DNA from: Phoronis australis | Lineage: Eukaryota; Animalia; Phoronida | DNA: 64,000 bases | Assembly (NCBI GenBank): GCA_002633005.1 | Contig: NMRA01000181.1 | Coordinates: 320,959 to 384,958, forward strand | Direction of reading: 5' to 3' | Part shown: one piece after another, positions 10,998-24,932 of the stretch | Layout: each line of letters starts with the position of its first letter | How positions within the stretch are numbered: position 1 is the first letter of the stretch | Translations under genes and position numbers: made by a program | The notes under the pieces: model-generated | Told to the model about the DNA's origin: nothing | The model's database searches: none | What the model saw: only the letters and a program-made list of their open reading frames with translations

Positions 10998-13900
10998 TGC
11001 TGCGTGATGAAGACTGACGTCCGCTGCCTTGTTTTGGCTGTTTATGATTTGCATTTGTTGAGCTCTCCTGTGAGAGAGATAATAAATTTAAGCTAAAACA
11101 CGAGACCGTAGCTGTGTGTTGTGCTGATTTCTTCTGTTCTGCAAATCTGCTGGTATCATTCAAGTTTTCGCTTCATAATTCATAGTTTAATGCCAAAACC
11201 CGGTACTATGGAGGATGCTGACATTTTTTTGCATGTCAAGAAGGCAAAGACAGCCGCACAAGGCTGGTTGACAAGAACTAGTTATCAATTGGACAAATTC
11301 TTGAGAACGGCGTGCTTCACTGAGTTATACGAAGCAGTCGCTGAACCTGACAAACGTTTATTAAATTTTGGAGTAGTACAAGCAGGTTTAGAGAATGAAC
11401 TAGCAATGGAACAGTTGGAAAGATGTATGGAAGAAGCTGCGTGTATTTGGAAGGCATACAGAATTTTTGACCGGCAGCCATGTGTCCAGTCTTCGTAGGT
11501 GAGGGAACTGGGAGTTCCGGTGAGAGAAGTTTGCAGCTTCCACTTAGCGGTATGTACTCTTTTAGTGTGGCAGTAATTCTGGAACAGATATGATGCCCTC
11601 GTGGATGAGACAAAACTGCTTGCTATCAGTAAGTTCTCATATCTACAGTCAATCTCGACCGAGGAAGCTAGCGGTGTGGCACTTGCATTCACAGCGGCGA
11701 ACTATCCTGTGGCGTGGTTGTTACTGAAAGATAGATTTGGCCGCCCAGAACAAATCATTTTTGCACATATCCAGGCCCTTTTCAACGTAACTGTCAATAC
11801 TTAGGGGGTAAAACCCCTTCGGAATGTACAGCATGACTCGCTCACTCACATTAGAAGCTCAGAAGCCTTCGATAGTAAGTGTACAAATTGCGGGGTTTCC
11901 TTACGTTCGTTTGCCAAATAAGATATATCTAGCGTGGTCACGACAGGGAGCAGGACACGAGGGTGACATGGAGTTCCTGTTATCGTTCTTGGAGAAGGAA
12001 ATCAGTCTCCGCGACTGTTCCTTTTCGGCAAGTGTAACAGCCGGGAAATCTCGTCAGCGAATGCCGACTGGTGCATCTACGGCTCTGCCAAGTTTTGAGT
12101 CTATGCAAGGGTGTGGATTTTGTGGTAAGGGGCACGCTACGGAGAAGTGTTGGGCATTCCAGAAGTTGCCACAAGACCAGAAACTGCTTTGCGCAAAGAC
12201 AGCAGGACTGTGTCTTAAATGCCTTAAAAGGAGACACAGGGCTAAGCGCTTTAAAATTGTTAATATTTGTTGTAAATGTAATGGCGAGCCTCATACCGCA
12301 GTGTGCTATGTTAATGTTGATGTTGGGAGCAACCCCACTAGGTCAGGAACATAGCAGGAATCACGGATCTTGCCCAATCAACCTGCGATCAATGGTCGGG
12401 TTGGTCAAAATGATCAGCCAGTGGTACCTGTTTTATGTACATGTAATATCTCAGCAGATGCTGGTTACTCTGTGTGTTCAGTTTTACAGGCAGCTCAGGT
12501 ACAGGTCTATGGTAGAGAGGTCGTGGAGGCCACCTTGTTATTCAATACAGGCTCTGACAGGTCATACGTCACGGCTAGGATGGTTAGAAGAGTAAAGCCT
12601 CAATGGGTGTCTCCTGAACCCGTACAGTATTCAGCCTTTGGTGATGGTTCCAAACAAAGTAAGTTATGCAACACGTACGAGTTGAAGCTCAGTACTTGTA
12701 AAGGACTTCAAAGTCTCAATGCAGCATAAGTTCCAGAGATATCTAGCCTGCTCCAGCGTACACAGGTACCTGCAAAGATCTTGAGGGAGTTTGATTTATC
12801 ACAGTTTTCGGACGTTTATGGTAAGGCCAGACATATGAGAGTAGGTATTTTTGTAGGTTTGGATCATTACTGGAGATTTATTAATCCTGAGAGTCCGCGG
12901 CGTTTGCATTGCATGGCTCATACGTTGCCCGTAACTCAGTGTGTTGAAATAACGCCATCTGAGATCAGGCGAACACTTTCTAAGTGTAAGAAAAACAGCA
13001 GCCCATGAAGCAATTCCATCTCGTACGACGTTCTGACAAAATGTCCACTGCCTCTCCACGAGGGGCTACCCGAGATATACAACAGATGCCTTGCTATCGG
13101 CCACTTTCCCAAACCGTGGAAAAGCGCAGTGGGTGTCATGATACCCAAACCAGACAAAGACCACACCAACCCGGCCAACTACCGCCCAATCAGTCTGCTA
13201 TCGTGCATTGGCACAACGTTCGAACGAATCCTCACGAATAGAATAAACGTAGAACTGGATTCTAAAGGCTTCTTTAATAGGTGGCAGAGAGCCTATAGGA
13301 AAATCGTGAAGGAACCGAGCACATCCATAGACTGATATCTCAAGGCAAAACGGCAATGGGCAAAAACTTTTGCACCAGAGCCATAATGTTGGACGTGGAA
13401 AAAACTTTTGACTCTGTATGGCATGACGGCATGAGATACAAACTCTCCAATATAGGTCTACCAGACAAAATGGTTAGACTCCTGTCATCTTTCCTGAGAG
13501 ACAGATGCATCTCGGCACCCCCCCAGGGGTCCGTCCTAAGTCCGTTGCTATTTTTGATCTATGGCAACGACCTACCAGTTCACCCAAGAGACAAAGTTCA
13601 GATATCCCAGTTCGCCAACGATCTCGGGTTCTGGTCAAGTGACAAACAGGAGACAGTTGTCCAAGCACGCCTCCAGCGCGCACTATCAAAACTGGAGGAC
13701 TGGTGCTCCATTGGGCGCATCAAACTCAATGCCGCAAAATCACAGGTCATCCTGTTTCACCGCAAACGCAAACTGCGACCGTTCAGTCTTTCACTATTTG
13801 GTGTCAGGCTCACACCAAAAGCAGAGGCCACTCTGCTAGGGGTAACCCTTGATCAAAGACTGACGTTACAACTCCACGTCGCACGCGTTTGTGACCGTGC

Positions 13901-15140
13901 AACAACCAGAGTCGAGCTATATGTATCGATTGAAGGGCACAGGGTGGGGCGCTAGGAGCGACTGCCTACTACTGATCTACAAAATGTTCATCAGACCCCT
14001 ATTCGAATATGACGCGATCGACATTTCAACCTGTGCTCCTTCCACAATCGAAAGACTACAGAAAGTACAAAACTGGGCGCTGAGAATTGCTCTCGGACAG
14101 CCCAGATATTGCCGAACTGACGTATTACACGAGCTCGCCGGAATGCAGACTGTCTCCGACAGATTGCAGTCACTCCGCGAAGCCACACTAAGCCGCATTT
14201 CCGTGACAAGCCTATTCCAGGAGCACTTAAGGGTTCTGGCCCTGCTCAACTGGTAAAAACTTTCCCGACGGGGCAGTATAAAGACAACCAAGCTTTCGTG
14301 ACAACCATGTACCGGAGCACTATGGGTTCGGGCCCTGCGCTACTGGTAACTGTTCCGAAGGGGCGTCGGGGCAGTATAAAGACAACGGAAAAAAACTGTC
14401 CAGACGGGACAGTATAAAGACAACCAATCCGTAGCATGACAGCTGTTGCCAATAAGCCGGCCTCATGTGAAACAAAACTCTAAGCTGTTGCCATCAAGCC
14501 AGCTTCACCCCTATGATGTCAATAACGTTGTTGCCATCAAGCCAGCGTCTCGTCTCCAGAAGAAGATCAAGAACACCACCTCTACCACCACCAGCCTACC
14601 AAGTCCTGCCTTTGATCCACGTCCACACCAACCACAGCAAGGACAGAAGGCGAGATCCACCGATCTTGCGAAGCCTAGTACTTTTATTGCATGAAACCTT
14701 AGTAATAAGACACCCGTCTTTGACTTAGAGAGATGGAGTTCTCTGGAGAAAGCCATTCGTGTAGTTGATTGGGTTAGAAGATTCGTGAATAACTTTAGAT
14801 CGACTGGTATGTATTCCAGGGGTTTGAGTGCTATCAGGCTTGAACTAGTATTTTACTGGAAATTCAGCAATGCACATACATGTAATATCCGCTTAAATAG
14901 TTGCGTTGTCTGCAGGCAAGGCAGTGTCTAAGTCATCGTCGTTGTTTAGGTTAGATTCTGTGTCAGGGGAGGTTGGGCTTCTTATGGTTAAGGGTCGGTT
15001 GCAGTTGCCTGACCTCAGCTATGATGGTAAACACCCTATATGTTTGTCATCCTGTTACCTTTCAGAGTTATTAGTTAGGTGAAATCACACTCGCTTGAAT
15101 CAGACCGTTGTTGCATCGCTGATTGCTGCAGTCCGTGACG
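10998..15140 (+). mobile_element. Degenerate BEL/Pao LTR retrotransposon (gag, zinc knuckles, protease; RNaseH-integrase junction after a nested LINE)
   Basis: Gag-like KFSYLQS..NYPVAWLLLKDRFGRPEQI; CGFCGKGHATEKC / CLKCLKRRH / CCKCNGEPHTAVC knuckles; LLFNTGSDRSYV protease motif; after 14690 RWSSLEKAIRVVDWVRRF and GLLMVKGRLQLPDLSYDGKHPI, typical of Pao. Many stops and frameshifts; boundaries approximate. Confidence 0.8.
12930..14690 (+). mobile_element. 5'-truncated non-LTR retrotransposon (Jockey/I-group-like RT) nested in the BEL/Pao element
   Basis: PKPDKDHTNPANYRPISLLSC, LDVEKTFDSVWHDG, PQGSVLSPLLFLIY, QFANDL RT motifs; frameshifted; the 3' region has three gggcagtataaagacaac-like repeats. 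Confidence 0.85.
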
Positions 15141-16534
15141 AAGTCGAAATAGTTTGTGCCCCCCCCCCAATAATGTTTCCCTTCCTACGGGCCTGTGTAA
15201 TTATGTGCTCACAGAAGAGATCAACCCCTCTACCACGCATAATTTCGAACCGTTTCTATCCATTACCGTCCTTAATCTGATATACGTACTGCCCGCCCCT
15301 CAGTCGAGAAATTTAAAATAAATTCTTCTCTTACGCACGCTTGGCCTTCTCACGGTATAAAATTTGACTCTGATAGTAAGAAAACTTGGCTACGATCGGA
15401 AGATTCTTAACATGCGGCCAAGTATTTTGGATTAGTCTTCATGCAGTTCAGTAGTGAGATAATATACCCTGACATGAGCAGTGCAGCAATGGCCAGTTGC
15501 CAATTTTGGCAAATGAACGAATGACTGTTCGAAAAATAGTGATTGTTTCCTCTTCACCCCAACTCCCCCACAACATATTCCTGGCCTGCAGGCCGTTCAG
15601 TACTTTCACTTCCTAATTGCGGCATATAATGAAAACGCAAGATTTCCCTTGCCGAGCGCCAGCTCAAGTGACCCCAAACCTAAACATCCGCGTATCGAAC
15701 ATTGTTGAAAGATCGCCAATTACGGGTAACATGTCTGTTTATCCCAACCCCTTGTTGCGGGGGAACCGCTGAACAACCACGAGACGGGTTTTCACGGACG
15801 TGAGGTCATCTTTTTCATGGGCTGAAAATTCTTCCCATTAAATTTAGACATTGTGAAACAACTAACCGAGGGTATTTTTTCCAGAGGTCATTATTTAGTG
15901 CTGCACCGGCTCGGTTGGGTAATACCATATTTCCACTTGGTTTCGAGTGGGAAATTCTGTATTTTGGGCATACCATAGGTTGGATGCGCAATTCAGTCGT
16001 ACAGGTTTGGTATTTTGGTTACTATGCACTTTACTTTTTTGCGCAAGTTTTGAGTCGCAAAACAAAGAGCTCGTAAGCGAGCAGTGCAAATCTACAAAAT
16101 TTCCAATATCAACTTCAGCGTAAGTACAGAATTTGCAGGGAACTGTTTGTTTTGATACAACATAAAATATCTGATTTTGGAATACATACTAAGAAATGAG
16201 TTTTAAAAGCAGTATATATTTCAATAGAAAATACATTATTCATTGAGATGTGCTGATTTGGATGGCTGACGAAAAACTTCGGGGTGTTATTTTTCAGTAC
16301 AAGTAAAATACGTATGATTGTCATTATTACCAAATATTTACTTCAGTACAATTAACAAACAGCATCATCATTGGATAACAGCATATGGATGGTCAATAAT
16401 TATCTTTTTAATTGACCTTATATGGTACCAATCACCAAGACTGATGTGGAAACAGCGCATAGTCGCTCCCCTTAAACTATTGTGGAAGAACATAAAAACC
16501 TAAGGGCAGCAACACTAAACTCCATGACCGAACC

Positions 16535-16608
16535 AAAAACCCATGACTCAATGACAGGACCAAAAAACTTTTAAGTTTTTTGGTCCTGTCATTGAGTCAT
16601 GGGTTTTT
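16535..16608. repeat. Near-perfect palindrome (36-bp arms, 2-nt spacer)
   Basis: aaaaacccatgactcaatgacaggaccaaaaaactt-tt-aagttttttggtcctgtcattgagtcatgggttttt. Confidence 0.9.
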
Positions 16609-16692
16609 TCATGAGTTTAAAAACTCTTTGGCTGCAGGCATAACATTGCGAGCCCCCGGATTTTCTGATTGATGCCGTAGGGCTCCCAGTTA

Positions 16693-17556
16693 TTATCAAA
16701 GAAAATCGGTGTACTTAAACGTCTAGGCAAATTTCTTAATGTCCGTACCCTTAAGACCCTTTACCATTGTATTATTCAGCCTCATATTGATTATTGTTTA
16801 CCGGTTTGGGGGCACACTAGTGACACACTTGTAAACAAAGTCCAAGTAATCCAAAATAGAGCCGCCAGGGCTATCCTGGGTACTAAAATTAGGGACACTA
16901 GGGTTGACGACTTGTACTCCAAGCTGGGATTTATGAAAGTAAGACAAAGAAATAAATATCTCTCTGCCTGTTGTATATACAGATGTATCAATGGCTTGGC
17001 TCCAGCATACCTCAGCAGTAAATTCAATAGCAGTCAGGCTGTTTATTCTACACGTTCTTCTGTTGCTGGCAATGTTTCTTCTAAAAAAATTAAAACCGAG
17101 ACTGGCAAGAGATCTTTTATCTATGCAGCTGCTATAATATGGAATTCTTTTAGCCCAGAAATTAAACGGTCCAACTCAATTACTACCTTTAAAGTTAATG
17201 TTAAAAAGTGGCTGTAATTTACTTAACCTTTTATACCCTGCCTATCTTAATCATGTCATTTTTTCATTGTCGTAAATACTCTCATTGTCTAGAGTCATCT
17301 CTTAATTTATTTCATCTGTCTTAGTTAATTTTTTACCATTATTTGTCATTTAGTTATTGTCTTAATTCTCAACCTTAACTGTTTTAATTGTATCTTTGTT
17401 ACGTATATTTCATTGTTGTTTTATTACTTCATTGTATTATATTACTGTTTTTCTTGTTGAGGGCCCTCTTGGAAAGCAGTGCTATCACTGAAGAGGCCAC
17501 CCTCATTTTAAATATCACAATAATAAAATAAATAAATAAATAAATAAATAAATAAA
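16693..17556 (+). mobile_element. 3' end of a CR1/L2-group LINE
   Basis: Open frame KIGVLKRL..YHCIIQPHIDYCLPVWG..VQVIQNRAARAILG..GLAPAYLSSKF..GKRSFIYAAAIIWNS, an AT-rich 3'UTR and an (AAAT)n tail at 17521-17556. Confidence 0.85.
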
Positions 17557-19916
17557 GTGTTTTCCGCTATTTTTGTCCAATGTAGCACTCTCCAATATGG
17601 CGTCATATTGACAACGCGAGCTTCACGTATCTCAGTGGCGCGCCTCCGCTCTATGTGATATGTATGGTGCCGACACACTGGGCACTCGCTTTGTTTAAAA
17701 TTTCATTATAAACTTGTGTCCAAAAATGAATTTACTATTTCACATTCCCAAAATAGGAGTTTCAAAGTCTCTTTCGATTGTCCACAAAAGGAACAAGTGT
17801 CGTCATCCGTAACTTGAATTATTTTTAAAAATGAGTTAGTACTCAAAATTCTCATCAAGAGTCTGAACTGAGCGTTGGCCACTTTTTGTGCAAGAGACTG
17901 AGGGACTGGGGGACAGATAGAATGGGAGTGAAGGGAAGGGGCCCGCGTAGCAGGCCGCAGTGGTGTACTTGTTTGTATAATAATAAGAGGGATGGAGACC
18001 GCGGACGGGTGATTAGAACGTAGGAGATAATCGATGCGGAACCCTTGAGTAGTCAGTATGGTACGAGTTCTAACTTACTAGAATATACCCCTTAAAAGAG
18101 AGCGCGTTAGTCATGCCAAGAATTGTACCATGACACTTGGCTTACCTCAAAAGCCTTAACTCTGCCTGGTGGCTTGGTAATTGGTTGCACACCAAGAAAC
18201 GTTTTAGGTTGTAAAAGTCACCTTCCTTGTCCAATTTTCAAAATTTAAAAACTTAATCGCGTGTACTTTTTACGAACTATTCGAATATACTAGTAACTAA
18301 TTTTCAACACAAAAAGTTAAAAGTATTATTGTCGCCCCTCAGATGTTTATAGTCTCATTATCTACACAACAATAATATCAGCAGCTCGAAGCGATTTAAA
18401 CAACCAATACAGCATGGTGTCTTTGAACCGGTTGAACTTGCAAATTCTGTGGTGCACAAACCGGTCGAGTGGCCCAATCTAAACCGATTAGGGTGTCAAT
18501 ATAGAATTCTTTTCGTGGTATATTTCAAAATCAAAAGAGAGCGTATCTCTCCGTTACGTAACACATGATCGATAAGTTAAACAAAGTCACTGGCGCTGAC
18601 GAATCTGCCAGGTGATGGTCGAAACGATTGATGAGGTGTATACATGTAGTGTCGAGAAGGTACATGTGTAGATAGTGCAGGTTTTGAGACGGGGGTAGAA
18701 GTGGACGGCGCAGGCAGCAGACGGGAGGCACCTGTGAAAGTAAAATTATCTTGAGTACCGAGAAATAGGGACAGGCACGTGCCCTCAAATATGAAAGCCC
18801 GATAAGGCAGGGGACAATGAAGTGACGGAGACACCTAAAATGTTAGGGTAAAGTGCAGTGCCAAAAGTCCCTGGCACAAATTTAGGGAGAGCATCCCATA
18901 CAGAACCAGCGTATTGTATCAAGGACACCTAATACAGACTCAAAACCATACCTCAACGGACTAATCAAATAAAGGCATATCGTGTTCGAAGTTTCACGGA
19001 CACCAGGAACAAAATGACACGGGAAGAAAATGCGCAAGTAAGGGAAACCACAGTGAGGGCATAAATGGATGCCAAGAGCCAGGAGTGTCACAGACGTAAA
19101 ATATATGGCCCATAGACCTACGGGGGTTTAAGTGAGGCACACATTCCCGCGCCATAAGTACAAAGTTAATCGGATAAAGGGAATACCGGATGGTTAAAGG
19201 ATACCAAGGTAATCTTTGCCTTCGTCAAAAATACACTGGGTTTGGGCACGGCCGAGACTCCATGGTATCTCACAAGGAGAATGCTTTTGGAAATTTTAGC
19301 CCAGTTCGACAAAACACATGGCGTTAAATTGACTTTAAACTACACCGTAAACGTTCGGGTTAACGCCCAAGCTCAGTTTACCGCCCACCCCCTACTTTAG
19401 GTGGATTTTAGATTTAACCGCCCACTGATGGGTTAACCGCCCATCTGCGATTTTTGAAGATTTTCAATTAAGCGCCCACCTCTCGGTAAAGCGCCCCTCC
19501 CCGACTTTTAAAGATTGAAGACTTGGCACCCGGTGCTAGGCGATTCCCAGACTTTTAGATCGATGATCTCAACTAGAGTGCAATGATGGCCTCAGAGCCG
19601 GCGCTCGGGTCATGGATTTACTTCAAAATATAATACTTGAACGTTTTGTCACTTTATTTTCTTCCCATATTCGCAAAGCTTAAAGAGGAAATTGCAAGGT
19701 CCAAACCAATCTGAACAACAATATGGTCTAAATTCTAGTTTATAATTATCATTGCTATATTCTTAACATTAACTGAATTGTACGCCGCTATACAAAGTTA
19801 TTTACATATTTAGTGCCGTGGTGTTGTAACGCCATCGTTGTAACGGAGAATAGAAACGGCGCCATTTTCGTTCGTTACACATCTGTGACGTGGTGTTGGG
19901 GAACACAAAGGAAGCA

Positions 19917-21879
19917 ATGTGTGTCCACGTGAGTACAGCAGCGTATATGAGGAATACTTTGAACGATACAGGGACGGACAGGTGGACTTTTCGGATGATT
20001 CCGACCTTTCGGACGTGGAGTTGGATGTGACAGATCCCAGAGGAACATTATGTGTTCACAGCTTTTCTGTAGTGGAGCCGTTCTCCCTCGATCCCTTTCA
20101 CGTTCACGGCCCATTTGCCTTTCTGTGGTCGCCGAAGACTCACTCCCAGCGGGTTCGTCCTGTGAGCGTCAACAGGCTGAAGGTGCGCAGGAGTTGCGTT
20201 TAGATGTTAGTGATTGGTAAGAATATTATCAGTATGTATCCTACAACCGCGAATTATAACTTGGTGTTTTTTAATTCAAAAGTGGGTGCTTTACCAGTCA
20301 GTCCCAGGCGCCCATATCCCCATTGGTGAATCGTGTTTCAGCCGTGGATAAATACCAGTTTCAGTGATAAAACTTGGATTTTTCGCATTATAGCAAATCA
20401 CTCAAAAAGTGTTAGGTCTCTTATTATTTGTATACAGTGTGGCTCAGTGGTTTGAGCTAGTGAGACTCGGGTTCGAATCCTGGCTTTCACTGGCATGCAA
20501 TTGAGCATTGAACAAAATTGTCTCTTACTTCTCCGAGACTAAGCGGGGTGTTACTAGTGAGTGAATAAATGTATGCAAGGGAATGAATGAGAACCAATTT
20601 GGGATAATCGACTGTGAACTGTAAAGAAGAGGATGAAAGATTTGCAATTTTATAATTTAGACTTTCTCACCTTGGTGCTGGGGGAGGGCATAATTCTATA
20701 GGTTATAGAACAAGTCATTTCATTTTCGTACTCAAGTCAACTCAGATCTATATCAATCTACACATGTGTTCCAAAACAGTTTTATTTTGTAAGGCGATGC
20801 TTGAAATGGAAACAACCATTTCATGTCGATGTACATTGACCCAATGTTGCCATTATTTATAAATGAAATATGGTACATGGCTTGGTTAAGAGTCGACTTG
20901 GGTAGGAACCGCCTGGTAAAGTTTCTATAGAGTAAAGAGAGCATACCATTGGATTGGTGATTGCCCATATAGCATATCAAGAAGTTTTAATGTATACTGT
21001 AATATTTAAAATATGGGCGACCCTTTGGAGTGGCAACACTGCTTTTCAAGTTGGTTTGCCCCATTGTCATTGTCTAGTTTGATTAATGGTATGTGGGTGC
21101 CGATAGGATTCAGATTGGGAGAACAGGTCTCACGACTACATACAAAACAGTCCCCTCCATCAATGAATCAGGGGAACTACCTTTTGTCTTAGGGTCAGCT
21201 AAAAATCAAACAACTAATGTCCATTACTATATCCCCCGGGCATGATCTACCACTGCCTTGGGTGTAGCACTATTCATTTGTATGAAAAGTAAATATCTTT
21301 ACTATATATGATCAATTTGTACAAAAAATAAATAGGTTGTGATGTTCCAACCAATTTTCCTGAAAACTGAAGTCGTATGCAGACCCCTCAATTTGGTAAA
21401 GGCACTCTTGGTAAATTTTTCAATTCGAAATTTTGATGTTTACTGAAATAATGTATTATTGTTGACACATCTTGCAGGTGCACCTGGGGCAACTGTCAGA
21501 CAACCTCGGTTGTTGAAGAAAGAGTATGTTGCCAAGAGGTTGACAAGGTTGTTGCAAAACTTGATGAAGAAATGAAGCGTGACAACTAACACAGAAGAAA
21601 AAGTGTATTGTGGAGCATGAGGGTTTAAACCTGTATACATCAATCGTGTTTTTGTAGACTGCATGGTTGCAGTACAAAAGCCAATATCCTGATGGCTATG
21701 ACATACCCTTGGATAAAAGGATTTGACACGTGACCTACAGACAGTTCCAAAGATGGGTACACGGTCACTTAGGACGAACAGTCCGTGTTGTCATTCCAGC
21801 ATGCGCAGTAGCCTGCATCAAAGCTTTCTACCCTCTGCCAGGAAATGAGGAAGACTTTGAGTTCCAAGGATTTTCTTAA
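19917..21879 (+). pseudogene. KolX-like (P2X7 C-terminal Cys-rich/ballast-like) gene remnant, two exons (..20216, 21478..21879)
   Basis: Acidic exon 1 ends DVSDW|gtaaga; exon 2 after ttgcag reads CTWGNCQTTSVVEERVCCQEV..HEGFKPV..TYRQFQRWVHGHLGRTVRVVIPACAVACIKAFYP..FQGFS*; internal stops and frameshift. Confidence 0.8.
20437..20490 (+). mobile_element. tRNA-derived SINE head
   Basis: A box TGGCTCAGTGG and B box GGTTCGAATCC with shortened spacing; no full cloverleaf. Confidence 0.55.
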
Positions 21880-22956
21880 AAGTTTCACCCATTTAACAGT
21901 TGTCTTAGCCCTGGAATGCCAACTCCTCCACATGACCTATGTATTCTGTTATAAAAACTTGTGACTCGGGGACTAGTTTTATGTAATTCAAACGAGTTGC
22001 AAAAAGTTGTACTGACAAATTCCATAGAATGATCAGACATTGTAATAAACGAATGCAATCGCAGTGCAACCTCAGCCGCATGAAATTGAAGTTGACATTC
22101 CATGAATAGACTTCTGTGGTTTCAGAATGGTAAATAATTAACACAGCGAGCAGCATTTGTTGATGCTCATCAATCTGGTTACTTATGATAACATGGTCAT
22201 GACAAGTGTAATTTAAGTGGGACTACATTATATACCTCTAAACTGAACACCAGTTAAACTTATGGTTTACCTAGGTAAACAGAGGAATTTGTCTCATTGG
22301 ATCCCAGTTTGTGTGCTTGAAGCGAACACATTGAACAGTATGGCTGTTACATAAAAAATCTGGGCCATAGTCTGAAGTCGAGACTCAATCTTCTGCCCTC
22401 TTCTTATACAGTAGAACTCTCTAAACTGGTAGCGCTTCAGTGGGAACTTTAGAAAGGTTAGAATTAATTCCGCAGTAACGCCTCCAAATAACTCTAACTT
22501 TGATGAAATATCTCAGTCTCACTGGATACAACTTATCGAGTTCTACTGTAATTCAATGAGAAATCAAATAACAGGACACAGCAACCACTGAATCTCAACC
22601 CAAAAGCTCCAGTATGCAATAGCTTTAGATGTCTATGACATGGTGTGAAAACACAAAAAGTATGCACATGAGTAGGAATTGGGAAATCTGGAGGGAGTGC
22701 TTATACCACTCACTCAAAAATTCCCAAGACAATGTTCGAATTCTGTGCAAGTGATTATTCTGTGTACAATTTAGATGAGATTGTCGCACGAAAAGACTGA
22801 CGACCCAAACAAGTACCTTTTCACCCCCACTTAAGAAAGTCTTCCTTTACCGACCCACTGTATGGGACAGCAAAGGTTTAGTGCAAATCAAATATACTTA
22901 AAAAGCTATGCCGCAATATTTATAGTCATTGTATTGAAGAACCATTGAAATGTTTA

Positions 22957-23104
22957 CAGGTACGGATCAAGGATTTTGAGTTAGGGGGACCAGGGCACGG
23001 TATTAGCCAGAATTTTGCCCGTCAGACATTCGCACCCCCAAACAGTCAAATGGAATCTGGGAGAATTTTAGGGGGGGCATGGCCCCGCTCTAAATCTGCC
23101 ACTA
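22957..23104. mobile_element. Short GC-rich MITE nested in the Kolobok element
   Basis: caggtacggatcaagg ... ctaaatctgccacta termini resemble those at 42001/44666 and 40563/45323. Confidence 0.45.
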
Positions 23105-23926
23105 GTTTCATTATAAGAACATAGTATACCACTGGGTTTATCTGTACAAATGGGACAGCCAAATACCACACACAAAAGCTTTACACAATTTCCACTACTG
23201 GTACTATAAACACTCTGGCATTGCTATCTGTACCACTATCAAAAATTTGATCTAAAACATTGGTAATGACTGTTAAATATGTGACGGAAAGAAATTCCAG
23301 TGCTGTCCATTGACAAAGCACCAAGTCTGAATTTATCTGTGCCACGGCATCCTCCTTGGACACATCTGGAGCACCAGCAGTCGGCATTGGAGGGGCATCA
23401 ATTTCTAAGCGAATTTCAAGATCTCCAGCTTCTCCTTTGTTCCGCACTAAGTGGAAGATGTTCTCCTTTCATTTACATACTCTGAAAAGCACAACAGCGG
23501 CAATTCAAAAGTAAAAAACATTTTGAATCCAGAGTTGTCCATGATTAAAGTGAAACACGATGATATCTAATTGCAAGTTTTCGCCTTCTTTTATAACCTT
23601 CAAGCAAATGCCAAAACTAGATTTTAATCCTGTTTTTTTTTTTGAAACAGACTACTTTAATAATCAAAACCTTGGAATTGAGTTACCATCCTGTTTTACT
23701 TTATTCATAGTCTACATTCTTTTCAAAATACATGCATCTTTTGACATCAGCTTTATTTGTTGTGGCTTTTAGTTTTACTGATCTATTTATAACTAAATCT
23801 TTCACGGAAAAACAACAGATCTTAAACACTTGAGAACTACGGTGATTGTGAAAAAAGATTGTTATTGTTCAGGCACTGCGAAAGCGTCATGAATTATTAG
23901 ACATCAAAATTCTCACAGTAACTTAC

Positions 23927-24174
23927 CTTTTTATAAGACCAGCTTCAACCTTCATGATGTGTTTGTCGTCAAAGCAGCCGTCCTCAAAATGGTCGGAGCA
24001 TATTTCGGCTCCGACAGATGGCTGACTCGACAGTCATTTTCAAAAGACGAGCAGAGCACACGAAAACCTGCCATTACGCAGCCAGATGCTTGTCTTTTTA
24101 GAATTTAAATGGGCTCATGCCTTCCGCCTGGGTGGTGTTAAAATAGCTAGCACACACACACACCGATGCACCAT
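23927..24174 (-). pseudogene. THAP-domain first exon of the Kolobok transposase (decayed)
   Basis: MVHRCVCASYFNTTQAEGMSPFKF*KDK..W..EICSDHFEDGCFD..KR|gtaagt; THAP C2CH remnants with stops. Confidence 0.7.
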
Positions 24175-24932
24175 GGCTAAAACACGCCAAGGTTGAACGG
24201 TCTTTGTTCTTCGTGTACTGTGATATAATAGCAGTGAACTGCATTGTGTGATATGATCTGGTTTGTGTTCCCCAACACCATGTCACGGTGTCAAAGGTCA
24301 ACTTTTCGCGCATTTTCTTATTTTCGCTTTTTTTTAAATAACTAAAGATACAATAATACGATGATTTGAATAAAATACATCCAAATAGCAATACCTTGAA
24401 GATATTATTGCAATTTAACATACTTGGACCTTGCAAATTACACTTTAAGAACCCCGCCGGCTTCAATGCCTCCGCTTTTAGCGACGCGGTCTGCCGCGCT
24501 GAGTTTCTGTCTGTAGTGCACTAGATAAAACATATATTCGAACAATCAAGACAGAGAAATGTGACAGTGGTTTTGCCAACCCTTCCAATTCGCTTTTGGT
24601 AGGAAGCTCAGGTATTTTGAAGAACTTCCATAACTTCCAGAAAGATGTCAAATTCTCCCTATTTTGATGAGTGTAATTGCCAGGTTATCGAGGATGTGTA
24701 GCGACCGCACGGACAATGTACCTTGCTGGCCGATTTGCTGTCTCTCGATTTCTGAATTCAGAGGTTGGCAATATGTTACTGGATGTTTGTGTATCATCTT
24801 GAAGAAATAAAAAACTGCAAGTCAAATTTTGTTTTTCGCTTATTGCATCTCATACAAGTTGGCGTTAGCAGATTCCACAAAAGTCGCTGGCGGTTCTTTA
24901 TAGTACGATTTCTTGCGACAGGCGTAACTGTG

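Larger units (their letters stand above)
19684..24444. mobile_element. Degenerate Kolobok transposon with convergent KolX (+) and THAP-transposase (-) remnants
   Basis: TTAA-AGAGGAAATTGCAAGGTCCAA ... TTGGACCTTGCAAATTACACT-TTAA; contains the two decayed genes listed below. Confidence 0.8.

Noticed and set aside
21478-21879. Host P2X7 purinoceptor gene
   Set aside because: No channel ectodomain or TM exons; it sits within Kolobok TIRs and has stops.
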